A DNA stretch of 40,283 nucleotides from Planctomycetaceae bacterium (GCA_031287585.1 JAITST010000030.1:1-40283), one strand, 5' to 3'; counted from the first letter of the stretch, positions 17,464 to 27,121 are shown. Notes: generated from the letters alone by a model not told the origin. A program made the numbers and translations.

Positions 17464-19107
17464 ATGAACAAAACTATGCCGCACGTACTAGCCGGAAAAC
17501 CTGCTCCACGCGACTTGCTCATCAATATCGCCCAACTTGAAAAAGATTACTACACCAAAACGCCTGATACGCGAAAACCGTCGCAGCGTGTTTCGTTCGG
17601 TACGAGCGGACATCGCGGGAAACCGGCTGACGGCTCATTCAACGAGTCGCACGTACTCGCAATCGTGCAGGCAATCTGTGATTACCGAGCCGAACGCGGT
17701 TATACCGGTACGCTCTTTCTCGGCAAAGACACTCACGCCGCGTCAAATCCCGCACAGCGTACCGCCCTCGAAGTGTTAGCCGCGAACAAGGTTTCCGTAT
17801 GTTATCAAGAGGAAGACGGTTACACTCCAACACCCGTCATCTCGCACGCCATCCTAACACACAATCACAACCGCAAACATTCATACGCGGACGGTATCGT
17901 TATCACACCGTCGCACAATCCGCCGTCCGACGGCGGCATAAAATACAATCCGCCAAATGGCGGTCCCGCTGATACGGACGTTACAACGTGGATACAAGAC
18001 CGCGCGAACAAAATCTTGGGAGACGGTAACAAGTCAGTAGCGAAACTGGACTACGAAGCGGCAATCAAAACGGATTACATAATCCCAACCGACTTCGTTA
18101 CACAGTATGTCGCCGACTTACACAACATCGTTGATATGAAAATCATCTCCATCTCCAAAATCAGAATCGGAGTTGACCCGCTAGGCGGTGCGGGAACGGC
18201 GTATTGGAAACCGATCGCGAAAGCGTATGACCTTGACATAACATTAGTGAACGACAGAATCGACCCAACGTTCTCGTTCATGACTGTTGACCACGACGGC
18301 AAAATCAGAATGGATTGTTCAAGCCCGTACGCAATGCAAGGGTTGGTCGCGATGAAAGACAAATTCGATATCGCGTTTGCTAACGACCCCGATACCGACC
18401 GTCACGGTATCGTCACTCCGTCTGTCGGCTTGCTAAATCCGAACTACTACTTGGCTGTCGCAATAAACTATTTATACCGCCATCGCCCCGGTTGGAGTGA
18501 GTCGCTTGGCATCGGTAAAACGTTGGTATCAAGTGCAATCATCGACCGAGTCGCGTCGGATTTAGGACGTTCGCTGGTAGAAGTGCCTGTCGGTTTCAAG
18601 TGGTTCGTTGACGGTCTGTATGAAGGAACAATCGGATTCGGCGGCGAAGAAAGTGCTGGTGCGAGTTTCCTGCGTTCAAACGGGAAAGTATGGACAACAG
18701 ACAAAGATGGAATAATTCTGAATTTGCTAGCGGCGGAAATTCTGGCGGTAACAAACGAAGACCCAGGCAAACACTATCAGGAAATCGAATCGAAATTCGG
18801 TAAAGCATACTATACGAGAGTTGACCAACCAGCGAACGCGGTGTTGAAGGACAAACTGAAAAACCTATCCCCCGTGACAATGAAAGCAACAGAACTTGCG
18901 GGCGACAAAATCGCGAGCAAGATAACAAAAGCGTCCGGTAACAACGCGGCAATAGGCGGCTTAAAAGTAACAACCCAAAACGGCTGGTTCGCAGCCCGAC
19001 CGTCAGGCACAGAAGACATTTGCAAAGTTTACGCGGAGTCGTTTGTAAGCGAGACACACCTGAATCAAATAATAAAAGAAGCCGGTGAAATAATTGAAAA
19101 CGGATAA
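17464..19107 (+). CDS. pgm: alpha-D-glucose phosphate-specific phosphoglucomutase
   Basis: 547 aa. Has FGTSGHRG, the active-site TPSHNPPSDGGIKYN, the DPDTDRHG metal loop, GGEESAG and RPSGTEDICKVYAES. Length and motifs match the E. coli Pgm type. Confidence 0.9.
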   Translation: MNKTMPHVLAGKPAPRDLLINIAQLEKDYYTKTPDTRKPSQRVSFGTSGHRGKPADGSFNESHVLAIVQAICDYRAERGYTGTLFLGKDTHAASNPAQRTALEVLAANKVSVCYQEEDGYTPTPVISHAILTHNHNRKHSYADGIVITPSHNPPSDGGIKYNPPNGGPADTDVTTWIQDRANKILGDGNKSVAKLDYEAAIKTDYIIPTDFVTQYVADLHNIVDMKIISISKIRIGVDPLGGAGTAYWKPIAKAYDLDITLVNDRIDPTFSFMTVDHDGKIRMDCSSPYAMQGLVAMKDKFDIAFANDPDTDRHGIVTPSVGLLNPNYYLAVAINYLYRHRPGWSESLGIGKTLVSSAIIDRVASDLGRSLVEVPVGFKWFVDGLYEGTIGFGGEESAGASFLRSNGKVWTTDKDGIILNLLAAEILAVTNEDPGKHYQEIESKFGKAYYTRVDQPANAVLKDKLKNLSPVTMKATELAGDKIASKITKASGNNAAIGGLKVTTQNGWFAARPSGTEDICKVYAESFVSETHLNQIIKEAGEIIENG

Positions 19108-19156
19108 TAAATTACAACAAAGACAACATTAACGACGCGACATATAATTAAAACCA

Positions 19157-20860
19157 ATGCCCGACCTAAACGTCTCAAATCGACTTCACACAATCGCAAG
19201 CCAAATCCCTGACAATATCGCAATCGCGGAACCGTTGCGCGGCATCACTGGCACACGTACCGCGAACGACTACCGCACCATTACATTTCGTGAACTTGAC
19301 GACGACGTAAACCGAATCGCAAGGGGACTTGTCAACTTCGGTATTGAGCGTGAAATGAGAATCGTTCTAATGGTTCGTCAGGGAATCGACTTCGTTGCTC
19401 TGTTCTACTCGCTGCTGAAAGTCGGTGCGGTAGTGGTGTTAATCGACCCTGGAATGGGGTTGCGTCAACTGCTAAACTGCTTGTCGCAAGTCAACCCCGA
19501 CGGCTTCGTCGCAATCCCGATGGTTCACGCCGTCCGATGTTTTTGCTCACACAAATTTCCCAACTCAATACACAACGTCACCGCTGGTCGCCGATTGTTC
19601 TGGGGTGGAACAACTCTCACAGCGTTACGTCAAACAGAATCGTGTGAACAGTTTTCTGCGTCAACAAAACCAGACGACAATGCCGCAATCATATTCACAA
19701 GCGGCAGTACCGGCGAACCCAAAGGCGTTTTGTATTCACATCGTATCTTCGATACCCAAGTTCACGAAGTCGCAACAAGGTATGGAATTGATATGGGCGG
19801 CATCGACCTAGCGGCGTTCCCGTTCTTCGGACTATTCAACGCCGCAATGGGAACAACAGCCGTAATCCCCGAAATGAATCCGACAAAACCAGCGAAGTTG
19901 AATCCGAAAAAATTTATGGACGCAGCCGATGCGTGGCAGGTAACACAGTCGTTCGGCTCACCTGCGTTGTGGAATCGCGTAGCCAAGTACTGTGAGCAGT
20001 CGGGTAGAAAGTTCAAAACGTTGCGGCGTTGTGTCTCCGCAGGCGCACCAATAGCACCGTCGTTACTAGCAAGAATGAAAAAAATAATAGCACCGGACGG
20101 CGACATCTTCACACCGTATGGAGCGACAGAATCGTTGCCGGTAGCGTCGATAAGTGCGAGCGAAGTATTGAAAGAAACCGCCGAGAAAACGAAAACCGGA
20201 AAAGGAATCTGTGTAGGTAACAGGTTTGGCGGTATCGAATGGAATGTAATAAAGGTAACAGAAAAAGCGATACCGACATTGGACGAAGCGGAAATCTTAA
20301 CGACAAACCAAGTAGGTGAACTTATAGTGACAGGTAATCAGGTGACGAAACGGTATGTAACAGGAGCGAGCGACGCGAACGAAAAATCGAAAATAAAAGA
20401 AGGCGAAAGAACATGGCACAGAATCGGAGACGTTGGCTATATCGACGAACAAGACCGTTTCTGGATATGCGGTCGCAAATCACATCGGGTAGAAACAGAA
20501 CAAGAGACAATGTTTACAGTACCATGTGAAGCAATTTTCAATCAGCACAAATCAGTTTACCGTTCTGCTTTGGCAGGAGCGGTAATCAGCGGTAAGAAAA
20601 ACGAAGAAGGAGTACCATACCGCGAACCGTGTATCTTCATAGAACCAAAACCGGAAGAATACCCAAAAACAAAACACGCAGAAAAAACACTAATAGAAGA
20701 ACTACGAACATTGGCAAAGTCCTCACCGCTGACAGAACAAATAAAAAACATATTCATACTAAAACATTTTCCGGTAGATGTTCGTCATAACGCAAAGATA
20801 AACAGGGAGAAACTATCGGATACGGCAACGAAGAAATGTAAGCATAACCAAGTCGGCTAA
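19157..20860 (+). CDS. AMP-dependent synthetase/ligase (fatty-acid CoA ligase family)
   Basis: 567 aa. Has the AMP-binding signature IIFTSGSTGEPKGV, YGATES and WHRIGDVGYIDEQDRFWICGRK. Confidence 0.8.
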   Translation: MPDLNVSNRLHTIASQIPDNIAIAEPLRGITGTRTANDYRTITFRELDDDVNRIARGLVNFGIEREMRIVLMVRQGIDFVALFYSLLKVGAVVVLIDPGMGLRQLLNCLSQVNPDGFVAIPMVHAVRCFCSHKFPNSIHNVTAGRRLFWGGTTLTALRQTESCEQFSASTKPDDNAAIIFTSGSTGEPKGVLYSHRIFDTQVHEVATRYGIDMGGIDLAAFPFFGLFNAAMGTTAVIPEMNPTKPAKLNPKKFMDAADAWQVTQSFGSPALWNRVAKYCEQSGRKFKTLRRCVSAGAPIAPSLLARMKKIIAPDGDIFTPYGATESLPVASISASEVLKETAEKTKTGKGICVGNRFGGIEWNVIKVTEKAIPTLDEAEILTTNQVGELIVTGNQVTKRYVTGASDANEKSKIKEGERTWHRIGDVGYIDEQDRFWICGRKSHRVETEQETMFTVPCEAIFNQHKSVYRSALAGAVISGKKNEEGVPYREPCIFIEPKPEEYPKTKHAEKTLIEELRTLAKSSPLTEQIKNIFILKHFPVDVRHNAKINREKLSDTATKKCKHNQVG

Positions 20861-21105
20861 AAATTGGTGATACACTAGGACCAATGATTCTGGCAACGTG
20901 CATCCTGACAGCGGGAAATCAAAAAGGAATCCTGATAGTATTTGTAATTTCTATGACTTGTACGGTAACTGACATTTCTCAATTTTTCATCCGATTATTA
21001 TTGCAAAAACGCTCAAAATTTATACAACGGGCAGATATACCCACCGGATTAAGTTTGGATTCTTTCACACGTGTTAGTCGTGTGTTCTCTTTGCCAATCG
21101 GAATA

Positions 21106-21175
21106 ATTTTTCACAGATAGTTAAGGGTAGGTAAGGATAGTTTTTTATATTCTATCCTTACCTACCTGTGAAAAA
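21106..21175. repeat. interspersed palindromic repeat family R1, copy b (inverted relative to copy a)
   Basis: tttttcacagatagttaagggtaggtaaggatagttttttatattctatccttacctacctgtgaaaaa contains an internal 15-bp perfect stem, ggtaggtaaggatag / ctatccttacctacc. It is the reverse complement of 6463-6533 apart from a few loop changes. Confidence 0.85.
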
Positions 21176-21181
21176 ACTGAA

Positions 21182-21409
21182 CTAGAACCGCCAAACTCCG
21201 CCGACGTTTCCGCTAAAGCCCTCGCGTTGACCGAGGAATCCTTCCAGACCAGCGTGCAATTCAACACGCCGAAGCGTTGCGTTCAAGCCGATTTCACCGA
21301 TTGCTGTTCCGCCGCGCACCGACGGAGCAAGAATTGACGCGCTTCCGACATAACCGTTCGCTTCACCCGAAAACTCGTAGTCCCACACCGCACAGACATA
21401 GCCGTTCAA
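21182..21409 (-). pseudogene. C-terminal fragment of an outer-membrane beta-barrel (autotransporter-like) protein
   Basis: The 75 aa ORF ends in ...GFSGNVGGVWRF with a terminal aromatic residue and an alternating Gly/hydrophobic pattern typical of beta-barrel C-termini. It has no N-terminal or passenger part and only a non-ATG start. Confidence 0.3.
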
Positions 21410-21449
21410 CGAACGTGCCGGAACTGAACAACTTACCGCTTCGCACGGA

Positions 21450-21590
21450 TCACACGGGGCTGCGCCGCGGACTGTTGCGCTGTTCGTTGTACTGCGAATT
21501 CAGAAAGTCAATGAGCAAATCTTTGTTTGCCTCTTCGCCGAAGAGTTTTTTGAAGCCGAAGTCAGTGTAAGGATTGATATAACGGGACAT
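21450..21590 (-). pseudogene. N-terminal fragment of an Rpn-family (PD-(D/E)XK, TIGR01784-like) recombination-promoting nuclease/putative transposase
   Basis: My own translation of the minus strand gives MSRYINPYTDFGFKKLFGEEANKDLLIDFLNS, then unrelated sequence and a stop after 46 codons. The YINPxTDFGFKKxFGEExNKDLLIxFLN block is the conserved N-terminus of this family, which is normally about 300 aa. GGAG lies 8 nt upstream of the ATG. Confidence 0.55.
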
Positions 21591-21892
21591 AGTAAAGTCT
21601 CCGTAGGTTAAAACCTACGGTTAATAAAGTGTTGTCCCTGCGGGACTTTTTAGATTTTAGATTTTGTTTTGATACGCAAAATCCCAAATCTGAAATTCTT
21701 CCATTCTCCGTGTCCACTGTGCCACTGTGACTCTGTGCGCAACACCATTCATTCTCATTTCTTTTACAGTTTGTGTTGTGATGTATCTGTAACCAAACCT
21801 ACATGGATAAACAAATGATAACCACCTGCTTATCAATGAATTTGTGAAACAAAAAACATTAGTAGGTAAGTTCTGCACTTTCCAATTTAGTT

Positions 21893-23620
21893 TTATTTTT
21901 GTTGGGATAAAAAAACTTTTACTTTTTCTGGCGGTGCTTGGCGAAACCATTTATCTGCCTCACTTTTTTCACCTGCGGCATAATGAAGTATCCCAATAAC
22001 AAGTGCTGCCTCTTCATTTCCCTGTTCTGCCGCTTTACGATACCACGTAATCGCCTCGATGAGGTTTTTCTGACCACCGTAACCCTTCATTAAACTACCA
22101 GCAAGCCGTACTTGTCCCTCGACATTTCCTTGTTCCGCCGCTTTACGAAACCACTTTACCGCCTCGGCAGAATCTTGCGTGATGCCGCCGAGTCCATCAA
22201 AATAACATACACCAAGCCGCCACTGTCCATCGGCAAATCCTTGCTCTGCCGCTTTACGAAACCACTTTACCGCCTCAGTGAAATCTTGTGAAACATCTTT
22301 ACCTTCAACATAAAACAAGCCAAGTATTACTTGTGCTTTAGCGTTTCCTTGTTCAGCCAGTTCGCGTAACAGTTTCATTTCTGCGGCATCTGGAGCGTCA
22401 TCGCTATTGACCATTGTAACAAGCCGCTTCTGTGCCTCGGTATGCCCCTGTTTTGCCGCTTTACGATACCACTTTACCGCCTCTGTGGAATCTTGCGGAA
22501 CACCCTTACCTTCGGCATAACACTCGGCAAGTTTGAATTGCGCACCGACAAATCCCTGTTCCGCCGATTTGCGAAACCATTTAACCGCCTCGGTTTCATC
22601 TTTTGGAAAACTGTCATCACCTTCAAGATAAATGGTACCCAGTATCATCTGTCCGACAGCATCTCCCTGTTCAGCCAATTGGCGAAACCTCTTGATTGAC
22701 TGGTCTTTCAATTCATCTTTGGCGGCTCCTTGTTCAGCCAGTTTACGAAGCCCCTCAATAACTCCGGCGACACCGCCTAGTTGAATACTGTCGCCATTAC
22801 CTATCACTAATTCAGACAATGGTTTTTCGTTTGATCTTTGATGAATACCATTACCGTTACCGCCTTTATTATCCACATTTGTGTTGTAGTTTAGTTGCTG
22901 CGAACCATACGTGTTACTCGTCTTGAGCCGCTCGGTCATTTGATGTATAACATTCGCCCGTGAATTGGCACCGTTGAAACTATTTTGACCACTCCAAACA
23001 TTCGTTTTTGGCGGGATAGCATTAGGAAGCCCCGGACTACCCGAATAATCTTCCTTTGGAATGTTAGCGTTGAAACTATTTTGACCACCCCAAACATTCG
23101 TTTGGAGTGGGATAGCATTAGGAAGCCCCGGACTACCCGAATAATCTTCCTTTGGAGTGTTAGCGTTGAAACTATTTTGACCACCCAAAACATCCGTATT
23201 TGGTGGGATAGCATTAGGAAGCCCCTGACTACCCGAATAACCTTCCTTTGGAGTGTTAGCGTTGAAACTATTTTGACCATCCCAAACATTCGTATTAGGA
23301 GTGAGAGTGTTAAGGATCCCCGGTCCCCCCAATAATTCGCTTTTTAAGTTGTTACCGTTGGAATAATCTTGTCCACCCAAAATATTCGCCCGGGAAGTGA
23401 CACCGTTAGAATAATCTTGTCCGCCCAAGATATTCGCCCGGGAAGTGACACCGTTAGAATAATCTTGTCCGCCCAAAATATTCGCCCGGGAAGTTACACC
23501 GTTGGAATAATCTTGTCCGCCCAAAATGTTCGGGGTGGCGGTAACATTTTGGGCGGAAGCGGTTGTCGTCCAGCAAATCGCTGCAAGAACGGCAAGTGTA
23601 ATCATAACTATACGTTTCAT
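21893..23620 (-). CDS. secreted Sel1/TPR-like repeat protein with N-terminal tandem-repeat region
   Basis: Has a signal peptide MKRIVMITLAVLAAICWTTTASAQ. The C-terminal half carries about 6 Sel1-like repeats (AVKWFRKAAEQG... recurring). The N-terminal half is built from 16-aa and 32-aa tandem repeats. Confidence 0.8.
   Translation of the reverse strand: MKRIVMITLAVLAAICWTTTASAQNVTATPNILGGQDYSNGVTSRANILGGQDYSNGVTSRANILGGQDYSNGVTSRANILGGQDYSNGNNLKSELLGGPGILNTLTPNTNVWDGQNSFNANTPKEGYSGSQGLPNAIPPNTDVLGGQNSFNANTPKEDYSGSPGLPNAIPLQTNVWGGQNSFNANIPKEDYSGSPGLPNAIPPKTNVWSGQNSFNGANSRANVIHQMTERLKTSNTYGSQQLNYNTNVDNKGGNGNGIHQRSNEKPLSELVIGNGDSIQLGGVAGVIEGLRKLAEQGAAKDELKDQSIKRFRQLAEQGDAVGQMILGTIYLEGDDSFPKDETEAVKWFRKSAEQGFVGAQFKLAECYAEGKGVPQDSTEAVKWYRKAAKQGHTEAQKRLVTMVNSDDAPDAAEMKLLRELAEQGNAKAQVILGLFYVEGKDVSQDFTEAVKWFRKAAEQGFADGQWRLGVCYFDGLGGITQDSAEAVKWFRKAAEQGNVEGQVRLAGSLMKGYGGQKNLIEAITWYRKAAEQGNEEAALVIGILHYAAGEKSEADKWFRQAPPEKVKVFLSQQK
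22973..23300. repeat. 96-bp tandem repeat, about 3.4 copies, inside the Sel1 gene
   Basis: The unit gttgaaactattttgaccac.ccaaacattcgt...gggatagcattaggaagccccggactacccgaataatcttcctttgga.tgttagc is repeated head to tail. It encodes NVWxGQNSFNANxPKExYSGSxGLPNAIPxxT. Confidence 0.85.
23354..23533. repeat. 48-bp tandem repeat, about 3.7 copies, inside the Sel1 gene
   Basis: The unit accgtt.gaataatcttgtcc.cccaa.atattcgcccgggaagt.ac is repeated nearly identically. It encodes NILGGQDYSNGVTSRA four times. Confidence 0.85.
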
Positions 23621-23813
23621 TGAAACCTCATTTCTGTTAAGTATGGTTGAAAATCTATTAGCCGTAATACACGATGTAAAACGGACATTTTTCTGATCCT
23701 CTTCTTTGGGAACATATCTTAATTGGGTAATGTCAACAATAATTCAGCCGTCATACCACTTTAACTTCTGACATTGTGAATGATACGGAGACTCGCTCAT
23801 ATACTCTTAATCA

Positions 23814-24917
23814 TCACTTTTCTCTTAGCGATTCCTTGCCGCTCTTGTCAACGTAGCCCACCTTGTTACCTAACTTTACATACGCCAAACCTTCACAGAA
23901 TTCGTCCGCCCGATCATATTTTAACGGTGTGATTTCCTTACCAGTCTTGTCGATGAAGCCCCGATTGCCGCCTAACCTTACACTCGCCAAACCTTCACTG
24001 AAACCGTACGCACCATCATATTTTAACGGTATGATTTCATTACCAGTCTTGTCGATGAAGCCACACTTGCCACCTAAACTTACACACGCCAAACCTTCAC
24101 TGAAAACGTTCGCATCATTATATTTTAACGGTATGATTATCTCGCCAGTCTTGTCTATGAAGCCATACTTGCCGCCTAACTTTACAAACGCCAAACCTTC
24201 AGTAAAAAAACTCATCCAACCATCATATTTAAACGGTGTGATTTCCTTACCAGCCTTGTCGATGAAGCCCCAATTGTCACCTAACCTTACACACGCCAAA
24301 CCTTCACGGAAAAAACTCGCCCAACTATCATATTTTAACGGTATGATTTCCTTACCAGTCTTGTCGATGAAGCCAGACTTGCCGTCTAACTCTACTATCG
24401 CCAAACCTTCACGGAAACCGCCCGCATGATCATATTTTAATGGTATGATTTCCTTACCAGTCTTGTCGATGAAGCCCCACTTGACACCTAACTCCACTAT
24501 CGCCAAACCTTCACTGAATTCGCCCACTATATCATATTTAAACGGTATGACTTCCTTACCAGTCTTGTCGATGAAGCCCCACTTGCCGCTTAACTTTACA
24601 CTCGCCAAACCTTCACTGAAATCGTACGCATTGTCATATTTTAACGGTACGATTTCCTTACCAGTCTTGTCAATGAATCCACTCTTGCCGTCTAAACTTA
24701 CCCACGCCAAACCTTCACGGAAACATCTAATCTCATCATATTTACCGGCGGGAACAAGCACGGATCCATCTTTATTCAATAATCCTACCTTGCCGCCATA
24801 AGCATAGCGTTGGATTGTTTCTTCTGCAAAGATTTTGTCTGCGTTGTATTCGCAACTGAATACAACCAGAATGAATAATGTGATGAAGCACGGAAAAAAT
24901 AGGTTAGTTTTGGTCAT
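23814..24917 (-). CDS. WG-repeat (KWG-like) beta-repeat protein, possible lipoprotein
   Basis: 367 aa with about 9-10 repeats of around 35 aa of the form GKWGFIDKTGKEIIPLKYDxAxxFSEGLAxV. The N-terminal hydrophobic segment ends in VVFSC (lipobox-like). A strong AAGGAG lies 7 nt upstream of the ATG. Confidence 0.8.
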   Translation of the reverse strand: MTKTNLFFPCFITLFILVVFSCEYNADKIFAEETIQRYAYGGKVGLLNKDGSVLVPAGKYDEIRCFREGLAWVSLDGKSGFIDKTGKEIVPLKYDNAYDFSEGLASVKLSGKWGFIDKTGKEVIPFKYDIVGEFSEGLAIVELGVKWGFIDKTGKEIIPLKYDHAGGFREGLAIVELDGKSGFIDKTGKEIIPLKYDSWASFFREGLACVRLGDNWGFIDKAGKEITPFKYDGWMSFFTEGLAFVKLGGKYGFIDKTGEIIIPLKYNDANVFSEGLACVSLGGKCGFIDKTGNEIIPLKYDGAYGFSEGLASVRLGGNRGFIDKTGKEITPLKYDRADEFCEGLAYVKLGNKVGYVDKSGKESLREK

Positions 24918-24952
24918 TCAGGATTCTCCTTATGAAGTGTTAATTGAATTTG

Positions 24953-25819
24953 TTAAATATCTATATCTATCCCCAAATACTTGCTAATTGACGCTTTTGC
25001 AAAAGGCATAACGGTACCGCTGAGCGCACTGAGCCAATTCTTAATACTAGTAATAAAGTCTGTAAAGGTATTACTATCCACTCGACTGTCATTGAGAATT
25101 TCTTTCAACTCATCAATTCGATTTTGCGGAATGTCATTTTGCATTAAAGCGGCAATCAACGATTCGAGGTTGTCAGGGATAACTCCGAGATTAATTTGGT
25201 TTTGTGAAACATTCGATGTGTTTTCGTTACCAATTGATACAGCACCTGCATAATTGTCGATAATTAGATTTGGTGCATTATCTTTTTCTACTGATGAGAA
25301 CATCTGACATTCTCCTTTTAGGGTTTGTTTTTCTAGGTCAAGAGACCAACATAAAATCTTATTTCGTACTGTTTCGAGTATTCCATTCAGGTGACCCCGT
25401 GAGTATGGGCGTATAAAAGACGTTTCGCCTTTTGGTTTACTTCTTTCATTCAAAAAACGACGCAAGGAAGCAGAAACAGTAATTGCTAACTGTTCTGGCG
25501 GTAACTTGAGTCCCTCAATAATTTCATGAATTGGTAAAACGCAATTATAAAAACACATCATTTTTTCTATTACTGGGTCAAGGATTGGTACGTGAGTCCA
25601 AGTGCCATTACTATTTTGCGCTGCCAAAAATGTGGGAATCTGCCTATATTTAGGAATTGAATATCCAACAGGATAACCTTCCAACTCATATTGAAGCCAC
25701 TGAGTATTTTCACACTGATCCAGTTTTTTTGCAATGACAAAAGCATGCCGTACGACATCGGACACTGAACAGTTAGTGTCTAATGCCTTTTGTTGTAATT
25801 GTAAAACGAGTGATGTCAT
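24953..25819 (-). CDS. AbiTii-like abortive-infection domain protein
   Basis: Start chosen at MTSLVLQLQQKAL (ATG at 25819, GAAAGG upstream). LQLQQKALDTNCSVSDVVRHAFVIAKKL...WLQYELEGYP...IPKYRQIP and later LETVRNKILCWSLDLEK follow the pattern I recall for AbiTii-domain proteins (LxxAxD...LLRKxxxLAxxL...WxxxELxGY...PxYR). The C-terminal part of about 110 aa is unassigned. Confidence 0.55.
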   Translation of the reverse strand: MTSLVLQLQQKALDTNCSVSDVVRHAFVIAKKLDQCENTQWLQYELEGYPVGYSIPKYRQIPTFLAAQNSNGTWTHVPILDPVIEKMMCFYNCVLPIHEIIEGLKLPPEQLAITVSASLRRFLNERSKPKGETSFIRPYSRGHLNGILETVRNKILCWSLDLEKQTLKGECQMFSSVEKDNAPNLIIDNYAGAVSIGNENTSNVSQNQINLGVIPDNLESLIAALMQNDIPQNRIDELKEILNDSRVDSNTFTDFITSIKNWLSALSGTVMPFAKASISKYLGIDIDI

Positions 25820-26014
25820 CAAAATACCTTTCTGGAAAATTGAGAAATAAAATAAGTTAGTTAAAACACACGGAATTTGTATCGCCGCATCATTAACCTC
25901 GTATGTAATGCAAGCCACGATTGATAGTGTGTGCAGCACAGAAAGTAATACGCCTTTCGCCGAGATTGGATACCTTCTGTGTTTTACTACGAATGGTTAC
26001 GATATGATTGTATT

Positions 26015-27121
26015 CTATTCTCCAATGTTGAATAATACTTTACCTTTCCCATCTGTAACTGTTATATTACCTTTTTGGTATGGAACAGTGTCAAATATGT
26101 GCACCTCAAAATCAAAAGTATCAATTACTTGATACTTTTGATTAAAAAGATTAGTAAATTTGCAAGAAGCTTCAAGCTTGGTACAACCATAATATCGAAT
26201 TTCTATCGTTCTCCAAAAATAAGTGTTCCGTTTCGCTTCTTTCTTTTCATTTACAAAACTTTCCCCCAATGAATCCAACTCCTGTACGGACGACTTGAAT
26301 TCCGCAGCGTCACCAAGAGATGAAAATTTAATTGAAGTCGTAATCATATCAGGAACGGCTGAATTTGTAAAATAAGTGGCTTCCTTAACCGCCCCGCCCC
26401 TTGATTCTATCAACGAACTTGTATCTAGCAATCCATATTTAACATCCCCACGGGGTCTAAACATCCGATCAAATAATAAAATACCTGATGTTTTCTCCCC
26501 TAGTATCCATTTTTCGCCAGCATTTATTTTTCTAAACACATTTCTAAATATTTCTTCTTCACGTGAGTACTGTATTGAGTGCGTCCCATATACAAAGCAT
26601 GTCTCAAAGGGATCCTTGGTAACGCGAAGCAATGCATCAAGACGCGCGTATTCAGTGAAGACAATTGGTATTCTTTCTACAAATAGAGACCGAAATTTCA
26701 CAGAGGGAAAACTCATTGTTTTCCTGTCAAATTCTGGTAGAGGGAGAATAATGTCGTATGGAAATGGCATCGTTACCACAAAGTCACATTTATTATTTTG
26801 AAGAGTAGTTTCCTTCTTTGACTGTTCTTTTTTGAGCTGAATTTCGAGTTGAGGAATTTTATTTGGAGCCGCCTTTATCAACTCTTCCTTCACCTTGATT
26901 CGTTGTTTAAAGTCTGCATCCTCCTCAAATTCTCCCATTTTAAGAGGTACATCCTTTGTTTGTAATACATCACGCAGAGTGCGAATATCCTCTGTGATAG
27001 AAGCAATTTTCTTATCACTGTCAGTTAAAGATTCTAACCGTTTATTGTAAGTTTCTTTCCATTTTTTTTGGAGTTTTTCTATTAACTGATAATCAGGACC
27101 AGAATAAACATCGCACGTCAT
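26015..27121 (-). CDS. hypothetical coiled-coil plus beta-rich protein of unknown family (probably extends to 27333 through a frameshift)
   Basis: 368 aa from the first ATG. It has an N-terminal heptad-like charged region (KLQKKWKETYNKRLESL...IQLKKEQSKKE) followed by a beta-rich domain. The frame stays open for 77 codons upstream of the ATG with no start codon (see findings). Confidence 0.6.
   Translation of the reverse strand: MTCDVYSGPDYQLIEKLQKKWKETYNKRLESLTDSDKKIASITEDIRTLRDVLQTKDVPLKMGEFEEDADFKQRIKVKEELIKAAPNKIPQLEIQLKKEQSKKETTLQNNKCDFVVTMPFPYDIILPLPEFDRKTMSFPSVKFRSLFVERIPIVFTEYARLDALLRVTKDPFETCFVYGTHSIQYSREEEIFRNVFRKINAGEKWILGEKTSGILLFDRMFRPRGDVKYGLLDTSSLIESRGGAVKEATYFTNSAVPDMITTSIKFSSLGDAAEFKSSVQELDSLGESFVNEKKEAKRNTYFWRTIEIRYYGCTKLEASCKFTNLFNQKYQVIDTFDFEVHIFDTVPYQKGNITVTDGKGKVLFNIGE

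Noticed and set aside
20884-21120. 78-aa ORF after the acyl-CoA ligase gene
   Set aside because: It has no motif and no RBS, and it runs into the R1 palindromic repeat. It is likely non-coding.
21657-21950. 97-aa minus-strand ORF overlapping the Sel1 gene 3' end
   Set aside because: It overlaps the stop region of a supported gene by 58 nt, has no family resemblance, and contains short cactgtg repeats. There is not enough evidence to call it.
22936-23335. ORFs of 116-117 aa on both strands within the 96-bp tandem repeats
   Set aside because: They are alternative-frame artefacts of the tandem repeat inside the Sel1 gene.
22973-23533. Regularly spaced direct repeats considered as a CRISPR array
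   Set aside because: The units are contiguous with no unique spacers, are multiples of 3 bp, and are in frame within a signal-peptide-bearing ORF. They are coding tandem repeats. No cas genes are in the window.
23863-24801. Two long plus-strand ORFs (188 aa and 118 aa) opposite the WG-repeat gene
   Set aside because: They are periodic translations (PVLSMKP...KPS...) created by the repeat structure of the real minus-strand gene. The minus-strand product has a signal/lipobox, a strong RBS and a known repeat family.
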